Of a stretch of DNA of 60,408 nt, positions 59,709 to 60,408 are shown in pieces. Both the position numbers and the translations under genes were made by a program. Under the pieces are notes generated by a model. It did no database searches and was not told the DNA's origin. It saw only the letters and a program-made list of their open reading frames with translations. Position 1 is the first letter of the stretch, and every line of letters starts with the position of its first letter. This DNA is from an uncultured Pelagibacteraceae bacterium (GTDB lineage: Bacteria; Pseudomonadota; Alphaproteobacteria; Pelagibacterales; AG-422-B15), in contig CACMAQ010000004.1 in the NCBI GenBank assembly GCA_902611715.1, positions 1 through 60,408 on the forward strand, read 5' to 3'.

Positions 59709-60408
59709 AAAATATTGATGAATTGGCCAACCATAATCACTCTCAGGTTTATTTCTAAATGCAATTTCAAGAAAATAATTGGTTACAATTTTTTCATTAT
59801 AGAATTTATGACCCCTCTCCCATCCATTTTTAGCAATTCTTCTAGTTTCATTTTGATTAGAAATATAATAAGAAATCTTTTTACCAAAATCATCTAAATC
59901 ATCAGTTTCAAAAAAAATAACCTCATCATTTGTAAATAGATCTTCTAATTGTGAATTTTTATCAACAAATACACATGATCCATTTCCGAGATATTGAGAT
60001 ATCCTATCTGAGCTATAATATTTAAGATGAGGCTTTCTACTAAGGTTTAAACTTAATGGTGATTTGCTAATTTCTCTCTCAAATTGAGCTCCCCATATGG
60101 GTTGAATATTGTCATAACCAAAAAAATTTGTTTTTATTTTAGGATATTCTTTTTTAATAAAATCAAGATAGACCTCTCTATCATAATCTGATTTGTTTGT
60201 TCTAATTATGCCAGACCCAACTCCATAACTAAGAGCATAAAATATGTCGTATTCAAATGAATTATTTTCAAAAATCCTTAATTGCTCAATTGATGAATCA
60301 AATATATTAGGGAAAAATGAAATTGAATTATTATCATTTAAGCATGATTTAATTGACTCATCTGCATTAGTAATAAAAAAAGCATCAATTAGATCCGTTC
60401 TTTTTGTA
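59703..60408 (-). CDS. Glycosyltransferase, CgeB/Glyco_trans_1_2-like (5'-truncated; absent from ORF track)
   Basis: Hand translation is open: QPIWG...LNLSRKPHLKYYSSDRISQYLGNG...IAKNG; stop at 59703. Confidence 0.8.
   Translation of the reverse strand, partial: TKRTDLIDAFFITNADESIKSCLNDNNSISFFPNIFDSSIEQLRIFENNSFEYDIFYALSYGVGSGIIRTNKSDYDREVYLDFIKKEYPKIKTNFFGYDNIQPIWGAQFEREISKSPLSLNLSRKPHLKYYSSDRISQYLGNGSCVFVDKNSQLEDLFTNDEVIFFETDDLDDFGKKISYYISNQNETRRIAKNGWERGHKFYNEKIVTNYFLEIAFRNKPESDYGWPIHQYFK

Noticed and set aside
59715-59897. 60-aa plus-strand ORF
   Set aside because: Antisense to the glycosyltransferase frame 59703->60408 on the minus strand

Overview
A gene-dense, AT-rich chromosomal segment with very short intergenic spacers. 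It is most consistent with a streamlined marine alphaproteobacterium (SAR11/HIMB59-like, inferred from gene order and composition, not from a search). The first ~24 kb is a phosphorus-acquisition island. It holds phoR (partial), a YwaF/TMEM164-like membrane gene and pstSCAB-phoU-phoB, which is directly coupled to arsC and an AqpS-type aquaglyceroporin. It also holds a C-P lyase cluster (phnG-N, phnM, phnF, with DUF1045 instead of phnP), an ArsK-like MFS, two secreted orphans, phnCDEE, a PhnZ-type HD oxygenase, a Cys-dependent PTP-like phosphatase and phnX. Several 11-bp-periodic Pho-box arrays are visible. The middle part holds lipid/membrane accessory genes (two MAPEG paralogues, DUF962, three DUF998-like paralogues, an amidase), recG, sdhE, a naturally shortened mfd, a betA-like gene bracketed by 43-bp direct repeats, and tRNA-Ser(TGA). 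The right part has a CBS/CGL transsulfuration pair (CGL frameshifted in a G7 run), the mltB-rlpA-dacA-tmk-holB-metG-tatD block and a surface-glycan cluster (colD, gmd, glycosyltransferases) containing a 28-bp dif-like site. Four small ORFs missing from the ORF track were found by hand. One is a 32-aa Cys-rich peptide with an unusually long 16S-complementary Shine-Dalgarno and its own terminator. All family calls come from motif recognition; no database search was run.
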